Below, piece after piece: positions 1-11,237 of a DNA stretch of 64,000 nt. The stretch is from Asterias rubens (Eukaryota). The DNA is taken from assembly GCF_902459465.1 (NCBI RefSeq), contig NC_047078.1:6944001-7008000 (forward strand). The letters run 5' to 3'. Positions within the stretch are counted from its first letter, which is position 1; each line of letters starts with the position of its first letter. The notes under the pieces are model-generated. The model searched no databases. It saw only the letters and a program-made list of their open reading frames with translations, and had not been told where the DNA came from. The translations under genes were made by a program, and so were the position numbers.

Positions 1-489
1 ACAATAGTTATTTTTCATAACACTTATTTTCACTAAGGTCAACTGATTTCATTTTTATTTGGTTTGGTTTGAAAGCAAAAAACACTATCACAGTTTGTTG
101 CTAATATTATACATGTAATGTATTAAAACATTTGGTTTTTATGCAGGTTATGACTGATCAATCTCATTAACCAAAAAATATTAATACAACATAAAAATAA
201 AAACCACAAAGTTCGTTAATGGGTACAACAGATTAATCCACAGATTACTCCAGATTAAGCCTTAAATACACAATTAAGTACCATAATGTGATAATGGAAT
301 CCAATCCAGAGTGAGTTACGAAATTTAAGGATGACAATTTCAAAACGAAATGTTGCACAGTTAAATCCACTACAACTGATTGGTGTTTACTTATCAATTC
401 AAGTTTCAGTTCCTGCCCTACACGCATGTCAACCAAGCCCAAGCTTATCCCGACCCCACCCCTAATGCACATTTTGATGATTCAGGTCT

Positions 490-764
490 CGAGGCAGTGA
501 ACCTATTGTTAATTCCTCAAACTAATTGTTTCAATAAAAACGTACTCGGTAACAAGCAACGGATAGCTGTTGATAGTATAAAACATTGTGAGAAACAGCT
601 CCCTCTGAAAGAACGTTGTTTTCGAGAAAGAAGTAATTTTCCTTCCATTATTATCTCGCAACTTTGACCAAATTTTCACAGGTTTGGTATTTTGTGCATA
701 TGTTGAGATACACCAATGAGAAGACTGGCCTTTGACAATTACCAAAGAGTGTCCAGTGTCTTTA
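490..764. mobile_element. Same MITE family, internally deleted copy
   Basis: Same core and right TIR ending gtgtctttaa. Confidence 0.8.
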
Positions 765-1203
765 ATAATGCTAAAGATTGTTCGTAAACCATAAACTGGG
801 TGTATATTTTAGGCACCATTATACGTGTTGTGCACGTTAAAACACTTGGAATGCCCATCACCAAATTTTCTGATAAAAATGTTAACAAATCCTGTCCTTT
901 TTTGTTTAAAGTAGTACTCCATAGTCAAAAGTTATTGTTCAAAATAATATTTATTATTCATTGAAGGGAAATGAAATCTTACACTACTGGTTTCTTTATT
1001 TAGATTTGGTTTGATTTAAAACACAAATGGATTATTACCCTTTTTTGCTAACATTAAGTTGTTGTACTCTAAGTATTGTTAAAACTTTGATGTTTACTCA
1101 GGTTGCATTTTATTATTCGTTATCTCAGTTTTTTAGAACAAAATAAAGACCACAGACGTAGAAAACCTTTTACTGTATTCTCCCCTCGATTTGTTTTACC
1201 AAG

Positions 1204-3128
1204 GATAATCCGATTCGTCCAAGGCGCCCCATTTATGGATCTTCAAAGTCATCTTCATCTCCACGTAGTTTCAGTGTAGAACAGCGTGGTAAGTAAATAA
1301 TACAACCTCAAATTTCATCTTTCAAAAAACTATTTTGACCTTTTAAGATATGTTAAATTATTTTATACATATTTAGGTTTAGTAAAATTTCATGTAAGGA
1401 TAGTTCAGTTAGTTTTCATCTTGCAGTGGTCATGTTAAACAAGTAGAGTCTCGAGCACTTGAAACCTGTGGTTATATTAGTTCACAAATAGCACAAGTAA
1501 AGCAAAAGGAACATTCATTATTTTCTATGGTGAGGGCCAACTGATATACTTTCAAAAAAATTAAACACAACACCAAACACAGAAAATATAAGCCTGACAG
1601 AAGAGAGCAAAACATGTTCAGAAAAACAAAGCAAATATTCTCTGTCAATAATTTATATTTGTTATTTCCCTGATTATTGCAGCCTCTCGTACCTAAAATC
1701 TATCAAAAAATAAACACTTTGTCAAGCTTCCATAATATTTATTTCCCTGTCATAAACACCCAGTTTCGAACGTCATTTTTTAGGGAATTTAATTGATGTT
1801 CGCGAAACAATTATGGAATTTGCATGACGCCCGAGAAAATTGATGGAGTAAGTTGCAAAATGATGCTCGGAACTTTATTACCTTTGCGCAATCCGCATCA
1901 GAGCAGAAATTGATTTAGTTTCCAAAAACTAGCTTGTTAACTTCCGACAAGAAATGGCTACAGGTGTAAACCAAAGAGCAACTGAAAGTCAACTGGATCA
2001 ACATCCATCAAGAGACTTGTCAGAATTACATGTTCTTTCAAATAAGATTCACTTGGTGTCATTGAAGCTGAATCTACATAGGATTAAATCTGTAGATGAA
2101 GCTCAAACGAAAACAGACACCAAAGTATCAGAGAAACAAAATCATGACAAAACGAAAGAGGCTCATTTTAAACTAGATTAACACTCAGAAGTGTGTTTAT
2201 TTTGTCATTGTTCTTGCTATCAGTTATACACAGGTGTACTCAATTAATTTGTGCGTGCCTTTTTTAATACACAGAAGTAGAACTACTGAGTGCAAGAGAA
2301 GTGCAGGAAAAAGAAAAGGTTTGCTAATAAATAGTTTGCTATTGCGTACAAAAGATGCCTTATCCACAATTAAATACAATAATGTGATAATGGAATCCGA
2401 TCCAGAGGATGTTGAACTTAAGGACGACACTTTCGAAACGAAATGTTTCACAACAAAATCCATTACAACTGTCACTGGTTGGTTTTTACTAATATCAATT
2501 TTAAGTTTAAGTTTCTGCCTTACAAATATTATCAAGCAAGCTCTGACTTATCATGTCTCCACCTCTGTGCATAAACATCTTTGATGCGGTATACCTACTA
2601 GGGGTTAAGATTGTTACCCTTAAGTTTCATGGCAATGATTATTGAAAGTAAAACTGTCTGATCAAATGCTCAAATTTAAAATGTCAAATTTATATGTTAC
2701 ACAAATATTCAACTTGTAACAAATTATCTGGTGTATTGGCATACAAATTTAACTAAATCCTGGCAAATTAATACATGATGAGCGAAATAACTTACATATA
2801 AGACTCCTACCGGGAACAAACAAGTGTTATTGCTGGGAATCAACTATGATCTACGAAATGTGTTAAGGATTATCAACTTGTGTCATGTAGTTTTGAGCTA
2901 CATTGTTGGATAGGCCTTATAGGTTGATAACATGATGGCTTACTTGTCTTTCACTAAACAATCCACCACTTTAAAAGCAGCTCCCTTTGGTTGAAACTTA
3001 TAAAATAAGTTGTTACTGGTCAACCTTTTACCAGTCTATAAGGAACACTTACGGTTGATCCCTCAGCTATGTGTATAAATAGCTTCACAAACCAAAACTT
3101 CTTACAGGTGACTGCCCTGATTACTCGG
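1204..3128 (+). CDS. Exons H (1204-1288), D (2275-2318) and E (3108-3128), first module
   Basis: H = DNPIRPRRPIYGSSKSSSSPRSFSVEQR with gtaagt donor; D = EVELLSAREVQEKEK; E = VTALITR; phases 0>1, 1>0, 0>0. Confidence 0.55.
1925..2175 (+). pseudogene. Truncated internal fragment of exon A in the H-D intron (also at ~9600, 13640, 18875, 22890, 26965, 52030, 60185)
   Basis: Homologous to QLVNFQQEMAASVEQRATDSQLD...KMKEA of exon A and fused to the pre-D intron; in-frame TAG just upstream, no good acceptor. Confidence 0.75.
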
Positions 3129-3240
3129 GTAGTTTCCCCAACCTTGTATTCCACTTGCATTTGTCCCTTCATACCATCTCTTTATTACACTTTATTCCTA
3201 ACTTTTCACTCATTTCAAAACTGTTCTGATTTTTCTTAAG

Positions 3241-4379
3241 CATTTGAGGCACATCTCAATGGAAATCGAGGAGCTCTCATCTATGGTAAGAACCGAGATG
3301 CTACCAGGTCAGTTACATTCATTGATGGAGAAATTGATCAAAGAGCAGGAACAACTTGTAAACTTCCAACAAGAAATGGCTGCAAGTGTAGAACAAAGAG
3401 CAACTGACAGTCAACTGGATCAACGGAAATCAAGAGACTTGTCAGAATTAGATGTTCTTTTGAGTAAGATCCACTTGGTGTCATTAAAGCTGAATCTACA
3501 TAGGATGAAATCTGTTGATGAAGCTCAAATGAAAACAGACACCAAAGTATCAGACAAACAACATCAAGACAAAATGAAAGAGGCTCTTGTTATACTAGAT
3601 CGGGAACTGGAGTATCTTTGTTATTTCCTGAGAAGTCATTATTTTGTCCTAGAGTGTGATATAAAATGGCATATGACACAAAGTGTATACTACTGCCAAC
3701 AAATGCTAGTTGATGATTTGCAAGGCTTGGCTCAACAAACCCTACTGGATATGGAGCCTGCCTATCAAGAGCAGTACATGAAGAATCTCAATGTGGTCAT
3801 TAACACACAGCAGCAATTGGTTCAGAACCTCACAGATCTGGAGAAGGCGTCCTCTAAGCAAGATGATCTACCTGCACGGGACACTGGCAAGCTGGAACTG
3901 ATCACAGAACAGACTGATTTGATGAAGGAGCCCTCTAAGCAAGATGAATCTACCTGCAGGGGAGATTGGCAAGCAGCAAAATGAACTGGAACTGATCACA
4001 GAACAGACTGATTTGATGAAGGAGCCCTCTAAGCAAGAGGATCTACCTGCAGGGGAGATTGGCAAGCAGCAAAATGAACTGGAACTGATCACAGAACAGG
4101 CTGATTTGTTGCAAGATTGTCTCACATGGTTGCAATGTCATGGAACATGGCTAGAGTTCACTGACCATTCCATATGGATGTTGATATGTTCTGTACTTAC
4201 TGTACATCATATGTCCCGTGGTCTTAGCTGGGAATGTGTTGAGGAGGTCTTCTCATCACATTCACATTTTCATTACAGGCCGAGGTATGGCAAACTGCAA
4301 CAACTTGGTAACATTATAGAAAGGACCATGAACAGTCAAAGAAGATTCTTGAAAGCTGAACTGTGGAATAAAATACAAA
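3241..4379 (+). pseudogene. Exon A copy 1, frameshifted (three repeats)
   Basis: ORFs 3244-3984 and 3944-4420 overlap in different frames; extra A at ~3947 (gatgaatcta vs gatgatcta). Could be an assembly indel. Confidence 0.7.
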
Positions 4380-4859
4380 GTAAGAAGAACAAACTTATTA
4401 CTGATGGTTTGTTATCTTAGTGAAGGATCCAGCATAAACATGCAATTCAACTCAATGAATTTCAAATTTGCATACTTAACTTACATAAGGGATAAAGAAT
4501 AGTTTTATTGCTTTACCCTTACACCTATGTGCGTTATGCAGTGTATAAAATACTTTCCTTGAGTCATGTGAAAAACTCCTAGACCTTGACCTTTTTTTAG
4601 AGCAAATGTCTTGCCACTACAAACCAACGAGATTGACCCTAAGACACCTGCCTTAAAGTACTATGCAAATCTCAGTGTATTAACAGATTTTAATGTATTA
4701 ACCAGATTTCAAGTCAAATCACATAACTTTGAGAAATGTTGCGGATGAAGTGCCCATCAGTGTGTTAACATCAGAAATAACAATGTAGTTTACATCGACT
4801 ACATTATGTGGGTAAACCTTGACATTGTTACTATAGACTTAATTTTTTTTTTTACACAG

Positions 4860-7392
4860 CATACACAGTATATAATAGACTGAAGGGTGACCCAACTGAT
4901 GTGAGACAGTCAAACCAAGAAGGCTCGATTGTAGTGAGACATTCACTGAAGGGTGACCCAACTGATGTGAGACACTCAAAGCAAGAAGACCAAATTGATG
5001 TGAGACATAATTATCTTAGTCAAAAGTTGATTCCACTTTAAACTTTGGTAGCTTCTAAGTTTCATTCTACCTGTTAAATATCAAATAGATACTGCTGATA
5101 ACAATCAAGGTTGAAAGAAAAAAAGATTACAGGTTAACAAATGACCGCCCTACTGTATGTACGATAACCTTGTTTCTTAAAATGAAAAGCACTTAATTTA
5201 ATGCATTTTCATTTAATGTAGCTATGAAGTCTCAAGTTTCCAGAGCATTGTTTCCCCCTGTAGTATAGATATGTTAGATTTGTACTTGTGGTTTGTTTAC
5301 TTTATTTTTGTTTTCAATATGAACAAGCTTGGAGTCACACCATTGATTGATAAAACATTCACATTCTTTTTCTCCTTGGTACAGGAATCTGACCTGGAAG
5401 GGCTCAAGATCAGTACGGAAAAAACTTTGTTGTCAGATAAAGATGAAGGTATACCAACAAACATCTTATATGAAATTAATGATTTCATTTCCCTCACTCT
5501 CTTCATCTTCCCTCACTCCACCTTGGCACACCATGCCTCACTCTCTTCATCTTCCCTCACTCCACCTTGGCACACCATGCCTCACTCTCTTCATCTCCCC
5601 TACTCCACCTTGGCACACCATGCTTCACTCTCTTAATCTTCCCTCACTCCACCTTGGCACACTCGCATGCTTCATTCTCTTAATCTCCCTGACTCCACCT
5701 TGGCTCACCATGCTTCACTCTCTTCATCTCCCTCACTCCACCTTGGCACACCATGCTTCACTATCTTCATCTCCCTCACTCCACCTTGGCACACCATGCT
5801 TCACTCTCTTCATCTCTCTCACTCCACCTTGGCACACCATGCTTCACTCTCTTCATCTCCCTCACTCCACCTTGGCACACCATGCTTCACTATCTTTATC
5901 TCCCTCACTCCACCTTGGTTGACCATGCTTCACTATCTTCATCTCCCTCACTCCACCTTGGCACACCATGCCTCACTATCTTCATCTCCCTCACTCCACC
6001 TTGGCTCACCATGCTTCACTCTCTTTATCTACTTCACTCCACCTTGGCACGCCTCACTATCTTCATCTACCTCACTCCACCTTGGCACACCATGCTTCAC
6101 TATCTTCATCTCCCTCACTCCACCTTGGCACACCATGCTTCACTCTCTGTATCTCCCTCACTCCACCTTGGCACACCATGCTTCATTATCTTTATCTCCC
6201 TTACTCCACCTTGGCACACCATGCCTCACTATCTTCATCTCCCTCACTCCACCTTGGCACACCATGCCTCACTATCTTCATCTCCCTCACTCCACCTTGT
6301 CTCACCATGCCTCACTCTCTTCATCTCCCCTACTCCACCTTGGCACACCATGCTTCACTCTCTTAATCTTCCCTCACTCCACCTTGGCTCACCATGCTTC
6401 ACTCTCTTCATCTCCCTCACTCCACCTTGGCCCACCATGCTTCACTATCTTCACCTCCCTCACTCCACCTTGGCTCACCATGCTTCACTCTCTTCATCTC
6501 CCTTACTCTACCTTGGCACACCATGCCTCACTATCTTCATCTCCCTCACTCCACCTTGGCTCACCATGCCTCACTCTCTTCATCTCCCCTACTCCACCTT
6601 GGCACACCATGCTTCACTCTCTTAATCTTCCCTCACTCCACCTTGGCTCACCATGCTTCACTCTCTTCATCTCCCTCACTCCACCTTGGCACACCATGCT
6701 TCACTCTCTTTATCTCCCTCACCCCCACCTTGGCACACCATGCCTCACTATCTTCATCTCCCTCACTCCACCTTGGCACACCATGCTCCACTCTCTTTAT
6801 CTCCCTCACTCCACCTTGGCACACTATGCTTCACTCTCTTCATCTTCCCTCACTCCACCTTGGCACACCATGCCTCACTATCTTCATCTTCCCTCACTCC
6901 ACCTTGGCACACCATGCCTCACTCTCTTCATCTTCCCTCACTCAACCTTGAAAAAACATGCTTCACTCTCTTCATCGACCCTTACTCCACCTTGGCACAC
7001 CATGCTTCACTCTCTTCATCTTCCCTCACTCCACCTTGGCACACCATGCCTCACTCTCTTCATCTTCCCTCACTTCACCTTGGCACACCATGCTTCACTC
7101 TTCGTCTTCCCTCACTCCACCTTGGCTCACCATGCTTCACTCGCTTCATCTTCCCTCACTCCACCTTGGCACACCATGCTTCACTCTCTTCATCTTTCTT
7201 TACTCAACTTTAAGTTAAAATTTGTGTTTGAAGAACTGTACGGTTGATATTGTTTTGGAAAGCTGGTCTTTCGAAGTTTCCAAATGTGCTTGGTTTAGGA
7301 TATTAACAGAAACTATGAAAGGCCTGATTTATGTTTTGTTTTTTTTGTTTTTTTATAAAGCTCGAAAGAAACGGCAAGAATACCAAACTGAG
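4860..7392 (+). CDS. Exons B (4860-4999), C (5385-5448) and B' (7361-7392), first module
   Basis: B ...LKGDPTD...EDQID|gtgaga; C = ESDLEGLKISTEKTLLSDKDE|gt; B' = ARKKRQEYQTE|gtgaga; phases 1>0, 0>1, 1>0. Confidence 0.55.
5491..7210. repeat. Intronic minisatellite, 43-44-bp unit ctcactccaccttggcacaccatgcttcactctcttcatct(t)cc
   Basis: About 1.7 kb of tandem units, C/T-rich on the + strand; source of the spurious H/S/L/P-rich ORFs in all three + frames. Confidence 0.95.
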
Positions 7393-8147
7393 GTGAGACA
7401 CTTTCTCTGATTCAATAATTACTTTAGTCAAAAGCGGATGCCACTTTATATTGGTACAGGGAATTTTGGTTCAGAGACTAATGCGTAGCGTAATGGAGGT
7501 AAAAGTGGCCTTAAATTTACTTGAACTCAATGAAATTTAATGACACATAGGTTCTTATATTTCTCGGCCAATGTTGACCTTTTATTTGTAACCATTAGTG
7601 ATATATGTTACCTGCAGTTGATCTGAAGAAGTTTGTGCAGACATCGAGGATTACTTGTACAAAAATATACATTATAATCAGCAAATAACTTGCACTTCAT
7701 AATGTAGTTGAATAGAGTAATGCCATCGAGATTTAGTTAATCCTGGAAATTGTTCGCATAATACCTGAAAAGAACAAGTGTTTGTTTGGTATCAGCTATG
7801 ATCTACAAAATGCTGTCAGGATTTCATAATTGTCATGGTAGTTCAGGAAACAGTGAAGTGATGTACTTTTTTCCCTGATGACTAAAGACGTGATGTATTT
7901 TACATGGCTAAGTTAATAAGCTACGTTGTTGGATAGGTCTTTAACTTGACTAGAGAACATCTCAGATTGCCATTGAAAATATCCCTTCCAGAATTACATT
8001 CAGCTCTTCGCTGCACTCGGTTAAAGGTAAACTCTCCCAAAATGTTCCTCCGATGAGTTGTAAACAAATACAGAAGTCTGGAAGCATCCATCAGTCTTGA
8101 GTAATTGTGCACATTATCTAAAATGTCTTGTTTGGGTATAAAGTAGA

Positions 8148-8432
8148 AGCTCCCTCTCAAAGAACGTAGATTTTGAGAAAGAAGTAATTTTCCACAAATT
8201 TGATACATAGAGAAATAAGAGACCTCAGAATTTGATTTTGAGGTCCCGAAATCAAGCATCTGAAAGCACACAACTTAATGTGACAGTGGTGTTTTTTCTT
8301 CCATTATTATCTTGCAACTTTGACGAATTTAGTTCAAATTTTCACAGGTTTGGTATTTTGTGCATATGTTGAAATACACCAAGTGAGAAGACTAGTCTTT
8401 GACAGTTACGAAAGAGTGTCCAGTGTCTTTAA
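8148..8432. mobile_element. Same MITE family, partial copy (duplicated at ~58735-59020)
   Basis: Same core and right TIR. Confidence 0.8.
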
Positions 8433-8872
8433 TAATGCTAAAGTTTTTTCGTAAAACATAAACTGGGTGTTTATTTCAGGCACCATTACACGTGTTGTGC
8501 ACTTTAAAACACTTTGAATGCCCATCACCAAATTTTCTGATAAAAATGTTAACAAATCCTGTGCTTTTTTATTTAAAGTAGTACTCCATAGTCAAAAGTT
8601 ATTATTCAAAATAATATTTATTATTCATTGAAGGGAAATGAAATCTTACACTACTGGTTTCTTTATTTAGATTTGGTTTGATTTAAAACACAAATGGATT
8701 ATTACCCTTTTTTGCTAACATTAAGTTGTTATACTTTAAGTATTGTTAAAACTTTTGTATGTTTATTCAGGTTGCATTTTATTATTCGTTATCTCAGTTT
8801 TTTAGAACAAAATAAAGACCACAGACGTAGAAAACCTTTTACTGTATTCTCCCCTCGATTTGTTTTACCAAG

Positions 8873-9987
8873 GATAATCCGATTCGTCCAAGGCGCCCCA
8901 TTTATGGATCTTCAAAGTCATCTTCATCTCCACGTAGTTTCAGTGTAGAACAGCGTGGTAAGTAAATAATACAACCTCAAATGTCATCTTTCAAAAAGCT
9001 ATTTTGACCTTTTAAGATATGTTAAATTATTTTATACATATTTAGGTTTAGTAAAATTTCATGTAAGGATAGTTCAGTTAGTTTTCATCTTGCAGTGGTC
9101 ATGTTAAACAAGTAGAGTCTCGAGCACTTGAAACCTGTGGTTATATTAGTTCACAAATAGCACAAGTAAAGCAAAAGGAACATTCATTATTTTCTATGGT
9201 GAGGCCCAACTGATATACTTTTAAAAATTTAACAAAACACCAAACACAGAAAATATAAGCCTGACAGAAGAGAGCAAAACATGTTCAGAAAAACAAAGCA
9301 AATATTCTCTGCCAATAATTTATATTTGTTATTTCCCTGATTATTGCAGCCTCTCGTACCTAAAATCTATCAAAAAATAAACACTTTGTCAAGCTTCCAT
9401 AATATTTATTTCCCTGTCATAAACACCCAGTTTCGAACGTCATTTTTTAGGGAATTTAATTGATGTTCGCGAAACAATTATGGAATTTGCATGACACCCG
9501 AGAAAATTGATGGAGTAAGTTGCAAAATGATGCTCGGAACTTTATTACCTTTGCGCAATCCACATCAGAGCAGAAATTGATTTAGGTTAAAAAAAACTAG
9601 CTCGTAAACTTTCGACAAGAAATGGCTACAAGTGTAAACCAAAGAGCAACTGAAAGTCAACTGGATCAACAGACATCAAGAGACTTGTCAGAATTACATG
9701 TTCTTTCGAGTAAGATTCACTTGGTGTCATTAAAGCTGAATCTACATAGGATTAAATCTGTAGATGAAGCTCAAGTGAAAACAGACACCAAAGTATCAGA
9801 GAAACATCATCATGACAAAATGAAAGGGGCTCATTTTAAACTAGAGTTAACACTCAGAAGTGTGTTTATTTTGTCATTGTTCTTGCTATCACTTATACAC
9901 AGGTGTACTCAAATAATTTGTGCGTCCTTTTTTTAATACACAGAAGTAGAACCACTGAGTGCAAGAGAAGTGCAGGAAAAAGAAAAG
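8873..9987 (+). CDS. Exons H (8873-8957) and D (9944-9987)
   Basis: Near-identical to the 1204/2275 copies; splice sites intact. Confidence 0.55.
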
Positions 9988-10865
9988 GTTTGCTAATAAA
10001 TAGTTTGCCATTGCGTACAAAAAATGCCTAGTCCACAATTAAATACAATAATGTGATAATGGAATCCGATCCAGAGGATGTTGAACTTAAGGACGACACT
10101 TTCAAAAGGAAATGTTGCACAACAAAATCCATTACAACTGTCACTGGTTGGTTTTTACTTATCACTTTTAAGTTTAAGTTTCTGCCTTACAAACATTATC
10201 AAGCAAGATCTGACTTATCATGTCCCCACCTCTGTGCATAAACCTCTTTGATGCGGTATACCTACTAGGGGTTAAGATTGTTACCCTTCAGTTTCATGGC
10301 AATGATCTTTGAAAGTAAAACTGTCTGATCAAATGCACAAATTTAAAATGTCAAATTTATATGTTACTCAAATATTCAACTTGTAACAAATTATCTTGTG
10401 TATTTGCATACAAATTTAACTAAATCCTGGCAAATTAATACATGATTAGCGAAATAACTTGAAAGGGAAACCGACGACAGATTCACATCATAAGATGGAC
10501 TTTGTGCAGCCTGGAAAATCTACACACAAGGTTTGAACTATCACCTGATAAATATATATAAAAAGTCTATTTAAATTATATGAGCAGTCTGTTTTCCACT
10601 GTATAGCATGTAGTGGGTGTATTCGCGCACCGTAAGGATACATGTAGTGCAGTTTTGAATCTGTTGGAATGCACATCACCAAAGATCCTGATATAAACTA
10701 TTTAACATATTTTACTTTTTGCTTTAAAATATTACTCCACAGTCAACAATAATTATTTTTCATAACACTTATTTTCACTAAGGTCAACTGATTTCATTTT
10801 TATTTGGTTTGGTTTGAAAGCAAAAAACACTATCACAGTTTGTTGCTAATATTATGTGTTAAATA

Positions 10866-11204
10866 AAAACGTACTCGGTAACAAGCAACGGATAGCTGTT
10901 GATAGTATAAAACATTGTGAGAAACGGCTCCCTCTGAAGTGACATAGTTTTCGAGAAAAAAAAGTAATATTCCACGAATTTGATTTTTAGACCTCAGATT
11001 AAGAATTTGAGGTCTCGAAATCAACCATCTAAACGCACACAACTTCGTGTGACAAGGCTGATTTTTTCTTTCATTATTATCTCGCAACTTCGACGATCAA
11101 TTGAGCTCAAATGTTCACAGGTTTGTTATTTTATGCATATGTTGAGATACACCAAGGGAGAAGACTGGTCTTTGACAATTACCAATAGTGTCCACTGTGT
11201 TTAA
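10866..11204. mobile_element. Same MITE family, one copy per tandem unit (also 14875-16433 interrupted, 20103-20443, 24121-24461)
   Basis: Core gatagtataaaacattgtgagaaacggctccctctgaag...ttgagatacaccaag...aattaccaatagtgtcc; source of ORFs MRDNNERK/MIFRPQIK. Confidence 0.88.
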
Positions 11205-11237
11205 ACCAACATTTTGTTTTATGTTTTGTTTTACCAG

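Noticed and set aside
1428-1529. Candidate exon GHVKQVESRALETCG...LFSM (ttgcag ... ATG|gtgagg) in each H-D intron
   Set aside because: Open only as phase 2>0, which does not fit between H (ends 1) and D (starts 1); no partner exons found. Unresolved without RNA data.
5271-7247. Long His/Ser/Leu/Pro-rich ORFs (up to 549 aa; also 30565-31817 and 55515-57827)
   Set aside because: They are open in all three + frames because the G-poor 43-44-bp minisatellite rarely forms stops, and the unit length is not a multiple of 3. Only the 64-bp exon C inside them looks real.
9622-9936. MATSVNQRATESQ ORFs as independent genes (eight copies)
   Set aside because: Truncated exon A fragments running into intron sequence, with an in-frame TAG just upstream and no polypyrimidine tract. 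Use as a minor 0>1 exon cannot be fully excluded.
10511-10530. Possible 21-nt micro-exon PGKSTHK (phase 0>0)
   Set aside because: Poor polypyrimidine tract, and the acceptor changes from CAG to AAG in the sister copy.
10488-10682. Repeated minus-strand ORF MVMCIPTDSKLHY
   Set aside because: Recurs only because the DNA is duplicated; no domain similarity or splice support.
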